DNA of 64,000 bases from Epiperipatus broadwayi (Eukaryota > Animalia > Onychophora): assembly GCA_028023455.1 (NCBI GenBank), contig JAQFVV010000006.1:9300001-9364000 (forward strand), in the 5' to 3' direction. Below, piece by piece: positions 25,681 through 38,236 of the stretch (position 1 is the stretch's first letter; the number at the start of each line of letters is the position of its first letter). The position numbers and the translations under genes were made by a program. The notes beneath the pieces were generated by a model. That model was not told the DNA's origin and ran no database searches. It saw nothing but the letters and a program-made list of their open reading frames with translations.

Positions 25681-26255
25681 AAGAGAGTTTATGGTTATTT
25701 GTTGTGACTACTGGAGCTTTTAATGCCAAAGAGAGAAAACAAAAATGGAATAAAAATTAAATTGCAGATATAGCTTATGTGGAATGGAAAATAAAATATT
25801 GAACATTTATTTTAAAAGTGTAGGATGCTGAAAAAGGGTAAGAATAAATTGTGTAGAGAGTATGAAAAAATTAAAAATAAAGAGTGAAGCAGGTAGAGAT
25901 TTTATTTAAGGCTTTGTTTAGTCTTTTGTTATTAAATTGAAGGATATGAGAATAGGACTTTTATTAAAAGTAAGATAGAAGGAAAAAAGGAAGTGAACTA
26001 GGGTTAGAGAAAGAAATGATAAATAAGGATTAAAAGATAGATCATGTGGTCTGTAAATGTTTTGAAAAGAGAGAATGTTTAACTTGGCCAACAGAGTCTC
26101 TAAACATAAAGCCTACATACAAAAACTTTTGAATTCATTTAAGAAACCATTTTACATCTCATTACGTTTACTTAGTTTTTCCAGTTAATGTATATATATG
26201 TGCTCTGCGCACAGATAATGAAGCTATTCAATGTACATAAAATTATCAAAAGTTA

Positions 26256-26440
26256 CTGCCAAGCGCTTTCGGGACAGTTTATAGTCCCATATTCATGGCG
26301 ACTTGTATTTGGTTAAGAACTGTAATATTAATGCAAATTCATATGCAGATGCTACATAGACCATTTTCGAGATAGAGAAAAGCAGGCCTTTCTTCTATTG
26401 ATTGCTGCTGGGTCACTTACAAACACACAAACATTCACAG
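26256..26440 (-). mobile_element. PLE GIY-YIG C-terminal remnant plus A3-U8 variant HHR (26256-26302)
   Basis: AAINRRKACFSLSRKW, then GCC-AUGAAUA-U-GGGAC(UAUAAACU)GUCCC-GAAA-GCGC-UU^-GGC. Confidence 0.7.
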
Positions 26441-27600
26441 TGATAAAGTCATTGGTGAGAGAATTTTCTTCGAAATTATATGACAGTTGTAATAATAAAC
26501 AAAATTTAGACGGAAAAAATATGGTGTGATAATAGTATAGATCTTGAGTCATCTGCTTGATAAAGAGTTGTGTAATTTGGTAATATTTATTTGAGAATAA
26601 AACAGTAATAAATATGAAACTAATGTCATTAGTTAATTGTATGGCTTACCACCGTAAAATAGGTAAATGTTTTTATGGATATTCCAAAGATCCTGTTAAT
26701 CTGGTTAAATGTTCCTTTCCTCTAAAATTGTTATATGCCCTGTTTTGACTCGTAACTTTTTCTTCTATTTCATTTTAAGAAAGATTATTTCATTTTTTAC
26801 AAAATCCTATCCTCTTATTCTGTGTTTTTATTATAAAGATGTAAATAAAAAATCAAAAAGTCTTTGTTTTTCTTAATATATTTACATTTTTACTGCTATT
26901 TGTACAATTTATCCTGATCTGGAAATTTGTTTGGTGCTGCAATTTAGTGGTCATTGATTAGTTAATCAATAGTACAATTTAAGATCCCACTGTTCACTCA
27001 AGCTTATAAGATATAATTCTGGAGTAGTCTTTTTTAATTAAATGGATTAACATTTCTAACATTAATAATATATATTTTTGTTTCTCACCATGATTGTGCC
27101 ATCTAGTGTAAGCTTTAGTAATCAACAGATGCCAAATGGTAGTACTTGAACCATAAGCAAAACAAATCAGATAATATTGCATTAATATTTTACAAAAGAA
27201 ATAAATTGTTCGCTATTTTTTAGTAAAAAAATATTTTTTATTATTCTGATACTGTAATAAAATAATCAAGTTGTTACTTTCTTGAAATATTTTAAATCCA
27301 GATATATTTACCTCTCTAATGCATTATTGTACTAGTTATTATTCGTCATCAGCCTGTATTGTTTAGTTCAGTGGTAGAAAAGTAGAAGCAAGAGGAAAAG
27401 GTTCTTAAATTGATTCCCATTTTAGCAAAGTGAAAAAAAGAACTCGATTTGGTCCATTGAATGAAGTCATTGTGCTCAACCTGCCACTTAGTGTTCGAAT
27501 ATTGCATGATCTTTGCAACTCTTTATATGATAATTATTTTTTTATTTAGTCATATTTGGTAATGTTACCTTAAATTTAAAAATAATGTTATTAAACCACT

Positions 27601-27883
27601 AAACATTACATGATCACCATCTCTTATACTAGACATAACTGTTATTAAACAGGCAAAACTCTCCATACAGTAGTGCCACCCTGTGCCAACCAGAGTAATC
27701 AATGGATGCCAGAAGGCTTGTGCATAAAATCCCTATCTAGTGGCCATAAGCCAGAAAGTAGTCTGGGGATATTGGATGAGTAGACACTAGATAGGGATTT
27801 TATGCACAAGCCTTCTAGCATACATTGATTACTCTGGTTGGCATGGGGTGGCACTACTATATGGAGAGTTTTGCCTGTTTAAT
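27601..27883. mobile_element. Family-A fold-back (~95-bp arms, internal deletion)
   Basis: aaacaggcaaaactctccatacagtagtgccacc...ccctatctagtg is mirrored at 27785-27880. Confidence 0.85.
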
Positions 27884-28038
27884 TAATGTTGTACTGAACT
27901 ATACTTTAAATGTAAACAAAATGAAATTATTTAAATATAAGTTACAAAGTAATAAAAATAAAACGTTGATCTTGGTTAAGTAATGATGCTATGTACCATG
28001 ACTTTATATAAAATATATCTATTTATTTATTGTTATAG

Positions 28039-28139
28039 GACTAAAGAAATGGCCTTTAAACTTTCACAACTATTTAAAGAAAGAAGAATAACTAAAACAT
28101 ATTGGGCGATTACTAAAGGAATTCCTTATCCACGGGAAG
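28039..28139 (+). CDS. RPUSD4: RPUSD4-like exon 5
   Basis: TKEMAFKLSQLFKERRITKTYWAITKGIPYPREG (KxYWA motif IIa); phase 2/1. Confidence 0.95.
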
Positions 28140-31100
28140 GTAATAAAATTAATTTTTCAAATACCCACACATACATATACATCTTTGTGTAATAAATAAT
28201 TTAGCGATTTATACATATATAGTCTTGTGGAAGGAAATTCACTTCACACGTACGCTATTAGATTGATATTAAATTTACATGTATGTGTGAAACATAATTT
28301 CCTTACACAAGATTACATATACATCTATATGTTAAAAAGAAGTGTGTGAGGATATTTCCATGTAATAACTAGGAAAGTTGTTAGTAATGGTGTTGCTAGG
28401 CAACTATCATTTATTATTATGGACAGCCTTTAAGTCAAACTGTTTGCTGTAGTAACCCACAATAGTTTCTTTGTCTTGGGTTTACATTGAAACTAAAATA
28501 GTTCTCTCTTGTATTTGTAACTCAAAGTGTTATATGGAGTTAAATCTAAATATATATTTTTATAACTATGAAAACTTAAAAGAATTTCATCTTCTTTTGA
28601 TATCCTGTAAATATTATTTCATCTTTCTCTGAGAATTTTGTATGTGAAATATTTTCATGGATTAATTACGATATAACTTTTTTTTCCCAAAAAAAAGTTA
28701 CAACAGATATAATTTGTAACCTATCTTCAGTTTGAATACAATAAATATAAAAATATATACATTGACAGAAAGAGTAAATATGAAGAAATGTTACAAAGCT
28801 GAACAAATAATCATTACCTTGAAAAAATTGGGGGAAAAAAGATTATTAACATTTTTTAAAATGCTTATTTTTACATAGGTTCACAAATTCTATAAATTTT
28901 GAAAGAGAAATGTTAAACTGACATTTTTATACTCAGTTTCATCACATTCCTCTTAAAATTTAGAAAAAAGTGATATATAATATGACTTACCTAAAGTAAT
29001 TCTTCATTATTAAATCTGCAAATAAGTATTTGCAGGTGACTTCCATTTTTACTAACTGACCCAGATTTTGTCCTTCTATGCAGGTATTTGCTGGAAATGT
29101 ATTTCTTTCTACTATATACAGGGGTAAATTTACGTTTACCAGCGCTATATGCATCTACAATAATTTAATGAAAACAAAACACTAACTAGAATAATAAAAA
29201 TAAGTTTATTCACTTGCTAATAATGTAAAGAATAATAAAATAAAATGAGTGAAACCACTTTTAGTTTCTTTAAACAATTCCAATAATTAGCCGCACGATA
29301 AGCTGTGCATATTCACAAACATTATATACAAGTCCAATTACCTGTGTGTATCCATTTACAGATATTCTAATCTTATTTTTTATATCGGTCTTTAATAATT
29401 TCACTGACTTCTACAATGATTAGCGCACACATTGTATTTTCTGCTTATAAAGTTGCACGATTGTTGCTCCCATGGTTGTATAAATGCTGTTCTGCCACTG
29501 CTAAAATGAATCCAGTTATATTTACACAGTTCAGAATACATAGTACGGATCATTTAAATATATTGACCTTGCTCAATATCAATTCTGGATTTTCAGCTTT
29601 ATGCTAATTTTCTAGAATATATTTATACCAATAATAATTTTAATGTATTGTTAGTACATATAAGTACAAGATTTTATTAAACTTTATTTACAATAAATGT
29701 ACATATAACGCACAGAACAGTCCACTTTATAATGGAAAAGAAAGAAAATTTAACAATTAATATTGTATATCACATATTATATAAAGAGAACTTTAGTAAA
29801 CTGTAATCTATCAAAAAATGAAATTAATTTTAAAGTAATTGCAGAATAATGAATTTAAAATACATATAAGAGAGAAAGGAAAAAAAATGACAAGATGTAA
29901 GACTAAAAAGTTTTATCAAAGGGCCTATATATCACATGATGACAAATAAACAAGAAAAAAATTTTTTTTTCAATTTAGCCCAAAATAGAATATTAATAAA
30001 TAGTGATATTACTAGTGCTTATTATTTGTCTTATATTTCATTTGCCTTTGTGGAAATTCCTAATAGTTGACTGTATAGATGGCTTTATTTTAGGAAAATT
30101 ATGATCAATTGTTATAGTAAATATGATTATAAACATAATTTACAAAATATCTGTATAAAAAAGTAGAAAAAATACCTATACATTGCAAAAAATGAAATAT
30201 AATTGCTTATGTATAGATGACACAGTTTTATGATTCAGATACATACTAAACAGATATGAGATACTGCTTGCAGCAACAGATATGACAATGAAGTAAATAT
30301 TATAACATTTTTGTAAACAAGTAGAAAATAACCAGATTGGAAAAAATATAGAGATAAAATTACTTATCAGAAAACACATAGGTACATATATATGTATCGA
30401 AACATAAAACAAACTTATTTTAGAGCATAAAACAAACCATTATTATACAGCATTATAAATTACTTATATCAATATATATATATATACAGCTTTTCATATT
30501 TACAGAAGGTTAGATTTTAAACACGAAGAGTTGCCCGTAAATGTATCGAAGCACAAACCAGACTTGCTATTCAACAACACTGAAACAAGTCAATATTTTA
30601 CAGCATTATAAATTATTTATATTAAAAAAATACGAAAAGTATTATATAATTACATATATATGCATCCGGATTTATAACTGTTTTGCTGGGAATAATAAAT
30701 CACAATTCTCTTTTTACTAAAACTTTCATAAAAATTGCAGTTTTTGTCATACAGAAAAAAAAATTGCACCTTCAGAAAAAGTATTGAATAATGAAAAGAA
30801 TGATGTATTTCCCATGTGTCAACTCTTTGAATCTCGCTCTATAATAATTTAAAGTCTATGATTGACCAAAATTTTTTAAAAAAGGATAAGTATGAATGGA
30901 GGTGTTTCCAAATAACAACTACAGAAATACGTTAGCAATGATGTTGCTAGGTAATGTATCAATTATTATTGCAGCCTTTGCACCGTACTATTTGCTCTAG
31001 GAACCCACAACAGCTTTTTTATCTGACTATTAGAGCATATAGTTTGGCTTAAAGGCTGTCATTAGTAATAGTTTAGTTACATGGCAACACTAATGCTAAT

Positions 31101-31791
31101 TTCTCTCATTATTACATGGAAATATCCCCAGTCATTTCTTTGCTTACGTCGTAATTAATCCATGAAAATATTTAATTTAATATACTCATACATGATTGAT
31201 AAGTTTGAAATTACGAGTGTTTTTAGAAGTGTAAGATTGTAAAGCATAAATAATTATAATGGAATGATTTATTGCTCGGAAATTTACCTGTAGTTCGAGC
31301 TGAGCTACCATCCATGAATTTTGAACTGTAGAGTTCGCTACTGCTGCACTTAAGTAAATAGGAAGAAATAAACAATAAAAGCTGGAGATTGTCGTACACT
31401 TAAGGAAAGAACATTATAAGTATATTTGAACTTCATTAAATTTATATTTTGTATCTAGCTGAAAAGTAAAGTACAGCCATGTCCCTTCCTCCTGCAGTTT
31501 CATTATCTTATATTTTGAAAAAAATGTTGAATGAAAAATTTCAATTTTTTTAAATTTTAATTCTATAATTCATAATGTGATGACTTACGAATCATCACAA
31601 TGAAAAAGTTTTTAAAAAATGGTTTGAATGCGGACATTCATCAGATGTATAATCATTTTTTAATTAAATACTAATTTTATTTTTACTTTATTTCATTTAT
31701 TATTCACCAACTGTGAGCAGATAAAGCTACTCAGTTTTAGATAGTAATTCTAATTTTATCATCATTTTCACCGATTTTCGATCATCTACAA

Positions 31792-32280
31792 CAGGGATGC
31801 CCCCTTTAACTTGACGCGAGCCAGTTGAGAATTTAAAAAAATTTGGGGAGCCACAATTATATATTGCATTTTTCATATTACATTTATAAACATAATTCAC
31901 AAACTAAAAAAAAACTGGTGTAATATGTTAAAAAGAAAAAAATGTAAATACATTTTATTTATATTTATTTATTAAAAATTTGGTAACATACATATAAATT
32001 ACAATTACAGAAAAGTATATTTTAATTATTTTATTTAATGTGAAACTTGACACTGCATATCATTATCGTTTGTATTGCAAAAATGTTTATTTTTTAATGT
32101 GTGCATACACTGCATATCATTATCGTTTGTATTGCAAAAATGTTTATTTTTTAATGTGTGCATGTGGCATCAAGGAACATAAAATATTTCATCAATTTTT
32201 CTTGAAGAGTGCAACATGAACCACATTAAACCGTTGCGCGAGCCACATGTGACTCGCGAGCTACAGGTTGGGCATCCCTG
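31792..32280. mobile_element. hAT MITE inserted into an RTE 3' end
   Basis: Perfect 11-bp TIR CAGGGATGCCC/GGGCATCCCTG; 8-bp TSD atctacaa; internal ~56-bp tandem duplication near 32050-32160. Confidence 0.95.
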
Positions 32281-32699
32281 ATCTACAAGATGAAGGTTTC
32301 TCCAACTTTAATCCAGTTTCTCTGATCTCTATCTTATCCACATCATCCCAGCAAATTTCCTTATTTCATCCATCCATCTCACATATGGTCTCTCTCTAGG
32401 TCTAATTTACCTGACAGGAATTAAAAATTTTACTTTTTAAAAAAAAAGAAACAAGTTTAATTTATTAACAAAAATAAAAAAGCTTTTTTTAAAAAGAAAT
32501 TAAAGTTTTATTCATATAAAGGATGTAATAATTGTAATCAAAGCTTTTTTAAAAAAATTTTATTATTATATATATATATTTAGAACTCTTGTACACATTT
32601 CATGATGATGTTTCTCATTTTAATAATAGTTAAAATCAATGAGACGTCACACAACCCCAGCTTACACAATGCTATTCAGCAGCATCTTTTTTCTTTCCC

Positions 32700-32895
32700 A
32701 CGGTTATGCCACCTAGTGAGTAGATGCGAAATGTTAGTGCTTAATAAATCCCTATCCAATACTGTCCTCATTGATAGAAGCTATAATCTAGAAACTAGTC
32801 TGGGGATATTGGATGGGATAGCAGTGGGTAGAGATTTATTAAGCAATATTATCTGACATCTGTTGATTACTAAAACTTACACTAGGTGGTGAAAC
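32700..32895. mobile_element. Short family-A fold-back
   Basis: ccacctagtg...aaatccctatcc / ctagaaactagtctggggatattgg...ttacactaggtgg. Confidence 0.65.
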
Positions 32896-33147
32896 TGTCC
32901 TGAGAGAGAAAAAAATTAATATTTCCATCTTTTCTTCTTATTGATAAAACAATTTTTTTTTTAATACCAAGATGTTTTGAAATTTTTATTCTCTTCCATA
33001 GCTTTCCTTGCCAATTCACATTTATATTTTCATATATTGTTATTAAGTATTATAACTTTATCTTTCTTATTGCATTGCCAAATTCATATAATATTAATGT
33101 CATTTATGTTCTTTATTACTATTCACAATGCTTTTTTACAACACACT

Positions 33148-33209
33148 ATTGACGGTTTCAATTGTTCCAGCAGTCTTCTTCAGAACTATTGCTGGGGCAA
33201 TCGAGACCG
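33148..33209 (-). ncRNA. HHR-like motif in a small palindrome (family E)
   Basis: GUU-CUGAAGA-A-GACUG(CUGGAA)CAAUU-GAAA-CCG-UC^-AAU; core intact, stems weak. Confidence 0.45.
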
Positions 33210-33539
33210 GAAGTAATAAAGAACATAAATGATATTAATATTATTATTATTAAATGTTCTTGCATCATTTTATAAAACTGATATTAAATTCTTATTGGAT
33301 TATTTGTAAATGTTTTCATATTTCTTTTTCTTTTCTTCACCTATTATATTGTCTGGTTTGAAACTTTATCGAAAAATTGCGGTTTTTTTTTAATATTCTT
33401 GTAGCAGTTTTTAGTAGAATATCCTTTATCTTTTTATTGAACTCAAGTAAGTTTGAATCATCTTCATAGTCTGTCAGTATTCTTAAAATGCTTAGCAAAT
33501 ACTGTATTCTAATTTAAATATATTACAAGTATTTCTGAA

Positions 33540-34170
33540 GATTAATATCAACTGTTTTTCTGAAATGCCGAGAACTTTAAATGGCAAGGTGAGGAATGCC
33601 GTTAAATCTATGAAGAAGAGAAAAACTCTAGGAAATAATGGAAATATTATTGATATCTTTAAACAAGCAATTAAAGAAGTAGAAGAATAGTTGGCAAAAC
33701 TGAAGGATAAAAGTTTACCAGATGATTGGAAGAATGCCGATATTTAAGAAAGGTGGTATAAAAAATTAGAGTTATCAATTTTCTATCGCTTATACAGCAT
33801 CTTTATCAAAGTAATTTTCAAATGATTTAAAAAATATCCTTGGATTAAAACTAACTGAAAGAACAAGTTAGATTTAAAAGTGATTAAAGCACAGTAAATC
33901 ATATTCAAGAATCATTGAATATGAATTGCCATTATGCTTTGGGTTTTTAAATTAGGAAAAGGTATTTAAGCATTTCCATGGAGATTAAAGTTTTGATCCA
34001 TCAAGATATGGATTAAGGATATTGTCATATTCTGAAGAATATTAATTAAAATTCAACTGTAGTCAGTAGACTATTATCATTGATAGGAATATACGAAGAG
34101 ATCATACCATATCTTCATAACTTCTTACAGCAGTCTTACAAGAAGTATTTTGTAGATTAGAATAAAATGC
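33540..34170 (+). mobile_element. Highly decayed RTE RT fragment
   Basis: Aligns by eye with the 52.5-53.3 kb RTE (gatgattggaagaatgcc; atcattgaatatgaattgccattatgctttggg). Confidence 0.6.
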
Positions 34171-34185
34171 TAAGAGGATAAAAAT

Positions 34186-34710
34186 ACACAGAGGCTAAAC
34201 TCTCTACACAATAGCGCTATCAGTGCAAGCCAGAGTAATCAATGATTGCAAGAAGGTTTGTGCATAAAATCCCTATCTAGAGTCTATTCGTCCAATATCC
34301 CCAGACTAGTTTCTAGCTTGTAGCTTTCATTAGTGAGGAGCCTTGGATCTTAGAGCACTGCACGTAGATCTTAGGATCTAATGCAACTCTCTAGCAGTCA
34401 CCTTTTATCTTTAAAGCTTTGGGTGCAAAATGAAAATACAGTAATGTTTTCAATTCCAGCTCATTAGCTTATATAGTTGTATAGATCTGAACTCAGCACT
34501 GCATTAGATCCTACAATCTAGGTGCAGTGCTCTCAGATCCGAGGCTCCTCACTGATGAAAGCTACAAGCTAGAAACTAGTCTGGGGATATTGGATGAGTA
34601 GGCACTAGATAGGGATTTTATGCACAAACCTTCTTGCATCCATTGATTATTCTGGCTTGCACTGGTGGCGCTACTGTATAGAGAGTTTAGCCTCTGTGTA
34701 AACAGCTTCA
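34186..34710. mobile_element. Family-A element with ~200-bp inverted arms, one HHR per arm
   Basis: acacagaggctaaactctct / agagagtttagcctctgtgt ends; HHR at 34298-34339 (-, G5A) and 34546-34587 (+, intact); no TSD. Confidence 0.9.
34546..34587 (+). ncRNA. Minimal type-I hammerhead ribozyme, intact core (family A)
   Basis: UCCUCA-CUGAUGA-A-AGCU(ACA)AGCU-A-GAAA-CUAG-UC^-UGGGGA: 6-bp stem I, palindromic ACUAGU stem III, GUC cleavage triplet. Confidence 0.75.
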
Positions 34711-34740
34711 TGTAATGTTTAGTAGGATAAAAATATATAG

Positions 34741-34986
34741 GGATTATTTATGATATGTAGATTTAGTCAAATAATTCCAGACAATCCCACAATCGTGTGT
34801 AGAGAGAGACATGACCTTAAAAGAAAAATCAAAGAGGCCTTATTCATCTCACGAGACAATGATGCTATAAATAGGAAGGATGCGTGCTATGCTTTATCGA
34901 AGTAATGGAATTAGCATATTTGCATATCATTAAATGTAGTAGCAAGCTATGATTATGAAGGCAAGATCCTTTGAAAGCGCTCAGCT
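34741..34986 (+). mobile_element. PLE GIY-YIG C-terminal remnant plus A3-U8 variant HHR (34945-34986)
   Basis: DNPTIVCRERHDLKRKIKEALFISRDNDAINRKDACYALSK*W, then AGCU-AUGAUUA-U-GAAGG(CAAGAU)CCUUU-GAAA-GCGC-UC^-AGCU. Confidence 0.8.
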
Positions 34987-35202
34987 AGTTTATTATTTTT
35001 AGTTATCTATTTTATATTAATAGCTTTTGGGAACAGTTGCGCCGCACACGCACTCGTGCTTGGATATGTAGATTTGTAAGTGATGCAGTTATTTTCAAGT
35101 AATGCTTCAAAGCTTTGGGAAATAGTTATCAAATTAAAGTAATTGATATAAATGCTAGGAATGCTGAGTAAGTAAACCTTAAAATAAAGTTTTATTAGAT
35201 TA

Positions 35203-35250
35203 TGCTGATCAGGGTTTCGATATCTTAATTCTGATATCATACTCATAGCA
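35203..35250 (-). ncRNA. A3-U8 variant HHR
   Basis: UGCU-AUGAGUA-U-GAUAUC(AGAAUUAA)GAUAUC-GAAA-CCCUGA-UC^-AGCA. Confidence 0.6.
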
Positions 35251-35569
35251 GTGAATAATGGATGAGAGGGTTGTGGATAGAAAATATATGACCCACTTTT
35301 TAGAGAGGGAAAAACAATTTTTACTTATTTATCGAGTTAACATTGTTGTCGATAGCCAAGTCTCCTTTATCTTCCATTAGAATCATTTCTTTCTATATAT
35401 ACAATGCTAGCTGATATAGACTCGAATGTGCGCTGAATAAGAAAGTAGAACTATAGATAAATACTAAAAAGATTAATGATCATTTAATGGGTTTTGTTGG
35501 AAGAAGGAAATAAAGATTGATAATCGTGAATTAGAGTTACTGTAAATAATTTGATCAAACTATTAATAG

Positions 35570-36080
35570 ATGAAATCAATCATAGAATTAAGCTTGATTT
35601 GAGTGCTTTTGTTAGGACTATTAGATATTAAAAGATCATATGTGTATGTGTTGGAAAATGAAATTTTTTAATAAATGTTTTATTAGTTTTTACTTAGGGA
35701 TCGGAGACATGGATCTTTAATTGCAAAGCAATGCAGAGACTTAAGGCTTTTCAGCGAATATGAAAAGGTGTATAAGCAGTAACAAGAAGGACTCAAAACC
35801 AAAATACTTGAGCCAGAGAACAAATGTATATTACTAACATCATTGAAATGAAGCTGGATTGGATGTATTTCTGGAAGAGATAGTAATAGATAGACAATTG
35901 AAGTCTTATAAATAGATTCACCGAGGTTGTTCCAAATGTGAAATGGATGTATGAAAGAAGGAAGTTTGTTAGTGTGATCTGGAGAAGGAAAGCCATGTAT
36001 CCGAGAAACTGGATTTAACTCTGAGAGATCTTCATCATAAAGTGGATTGATAATCATTGAAAATGGTGCAGATGATGACA
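35570..36080 (+). mobile_element. Decayed RTE 3' fragment
   Basis: Same family as 23.2-23.76 kb, more diverged. Confidence 0.7.
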
Positions 36081-36544
36081 GAAGATTTAATTCCATTTTA
36101 GCCTAGATTTAAAAAAGATAATTAGTTATCCAAATATATAGCCTTCAATTTTGAATAATGTTCGTAGCAGAATTAAATTATTTTTTAGCGGGATTTTTAT
36201 TTTAAAATATTTTTAAAACTAATAAAAATACTTTTAATGTCAAGCTAAAAAAAATTTCTAATTCCTCATGTTATAGAAAAAGTAAAAATATTTTATATTT
36301 ATTGAAATGTGTTTTTTAAAAGTGAAAATATCTTTGAAACAAATATTATTTTTAGAGGTAAACATAGGATAGACATTCTAGATAAAAAAAGGAAATGAAA
36401 AATAACGGGCAGGTGTTGCTTGGTGATAGATATGAATTAATAGAAAGTCCAATTTGATATAGAACAAGTCTAAACTTTTTTCAAATATCGGCTAAGTTAA
36501 AATTAATTAAAATATCACATGATTTCAATGTTGTTTCAGTAGCA

Positions 36545-37405
36545 TACTTTTTTCTTTCACCACAGCTGTGCCATCTAGTATAAGCTTTTGTAATCACCAA
36601 ATGCAGATAATAGCAATATACTCCTATCCAGTACTGTTCTAGTCAATATCCCTAGTTTCAAGCTTATGGCTTTCATCAGTAAGGAGCTTTAGATCATGGA
36701 CCAGTGGGGTTTTTAGGATCTATTGCACTTTTCTCTGCCATCCATCATTTACCTTTCTGCTTCATTATCAAGCCTACTTGGGAAAACATTTAAATATATT
36801 CGATATAAGCCAACTTACCTGTATAATTATATAGAACTGAAACCAGTTGAGTTTCCATATATTATGGTGTTCTTAGTTTTTTAATAAGTATAGGCACGTT
36901 TGTTCTGTGGCCAGGATTAGTAAATCAAAAAAATCACATATTTCAATTTATTCAATATTGTTTCAGCAACATACTCTTTTTCTTTTATCAATGTCACCTG
37001 TAATAAGTTTTAGCAGATGATAGTGCTTAATAAATCCCTATTCAGTGTTGTCCTATCCAATATCCCCAGACTAGTTTCTAGCTTATGGCTTTCATCAGTG
37101 ACGAGCTTTGGATCTTGGAACAGTGTCTTCCAGCAAGTTGGCTTAGATTGAAAACTTATGTTTTTCAAATTGGATTGATAGCTTGATAGTTAAAAGATTA
37201 TTGATAGAGGAAATGTGCATTAGATCTAAATTCTAGACATTTGTCCAAAATCCACAACTCTTCACTGATAAAAGCCACAAGTTTGAAACTAGTCTGGAGA
37301 TATTGGATAGGACAACACTGGGTAGAGATTTATTAAGAACAATTGTCTGCATCTGGTGATTACTAAAACTTACACTAGATAGTATACTGTAGTTGTGGTG
37401 AGAGA
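36545..37405. mobile_element. Family-A cluster: two tandem minus units plus an inverted plus arm
   Basis: tttcatcagt at 36671 and 37090 (419-bp spacing); intact-core HHR at 37063-37104 (-); plus HHR near 37262-37310. Confidence 0.8.
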
Positions 37406-37508
37406 GGTAAGCTTATCCTTTCAATTAATTAAATTGAAATAAGGAAGATCACCATAAATTTACACCTTCAAGGTTAAAATGGATAATACAGAACAAATAA
37501 AGGATATT

Positions 37509-38236
37509 TGTATTTTTATATTAGACTATTTCCATCATCTAATATATGTATTGAATGTCTTTAGAAAAATTTAATTTTATTTAAATATTCCAAATACATT
37601 CAACTGTTGGTAATAGCACTTCAAACATGTTAGTATATGCAGAATGTTTCGAGATATATTAGTCTCCCCTCTTCTTCAGGTGTTGCTGACCTGACCAGTG
37701 ACAGCACTAGGATGGGATTCGAACCTGGGTTCTTAGATTCTTGAGTTTTGAATTTTAAGATAATGCTCTAACCAACTGAGCCATCCTGCATCCATTACAA
37801 CTATTGCATTGCCTTTGTCAGCAGGGAGAATAATTATAGGTTTATCTACTTTGAGAGATTTAATTGCTTTTCTCTCACCATAGGATATGTTTGACTTCAA
37901 TTTTTATTGCTTGGCAAGAGTTCTTAATATTCTCCAGCGTAATTCTGCTGCTTCTAAAGGCAATTTTTGAGTGACTTTCTCAGTGGCTGCCATTCAAAAC
38001 TCAAGAATCTAAGGACCTAGGTTCGAATCCCATGCTAGTACTGCCACTGGTCAGCCAGCAACACCTGAAAAAGAGGGGAGACTAATACCTCTCAAAACGT
38101 TGTGCATATACAAACCTGTTTGAAGTGGTATTACTAACAGTTGAATGTATTTGGAATATTTAAATAAAGTTTAATTTTTCTAAAGACATTCAGTACATAT
38201 ATTAGATGATGGAAATAGTCCAATATAAAAATACAA
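37509..38236. mobile_element. Head-to-head pair of family-B tRNA-SINEs (~240-bp inverted arms)
   Basis: Minus copy: A-box TGGCTCAGTTGGTTAGAGC, B-box GGTTCGAATCCC, acceptor-like AGGATG/CATCCT, then an HHR-like motif at 37640-37686. Mirrored copy at 37995-38236. Confidence 0.85.

Noticed and set aside
34186-34710. Family A as a classical MITE with ~200-bp TIRs
   Set aside because: No TSD, family sequence runs past the end of one arm, other loci are tandem dimers, and each arm holds an HHR.
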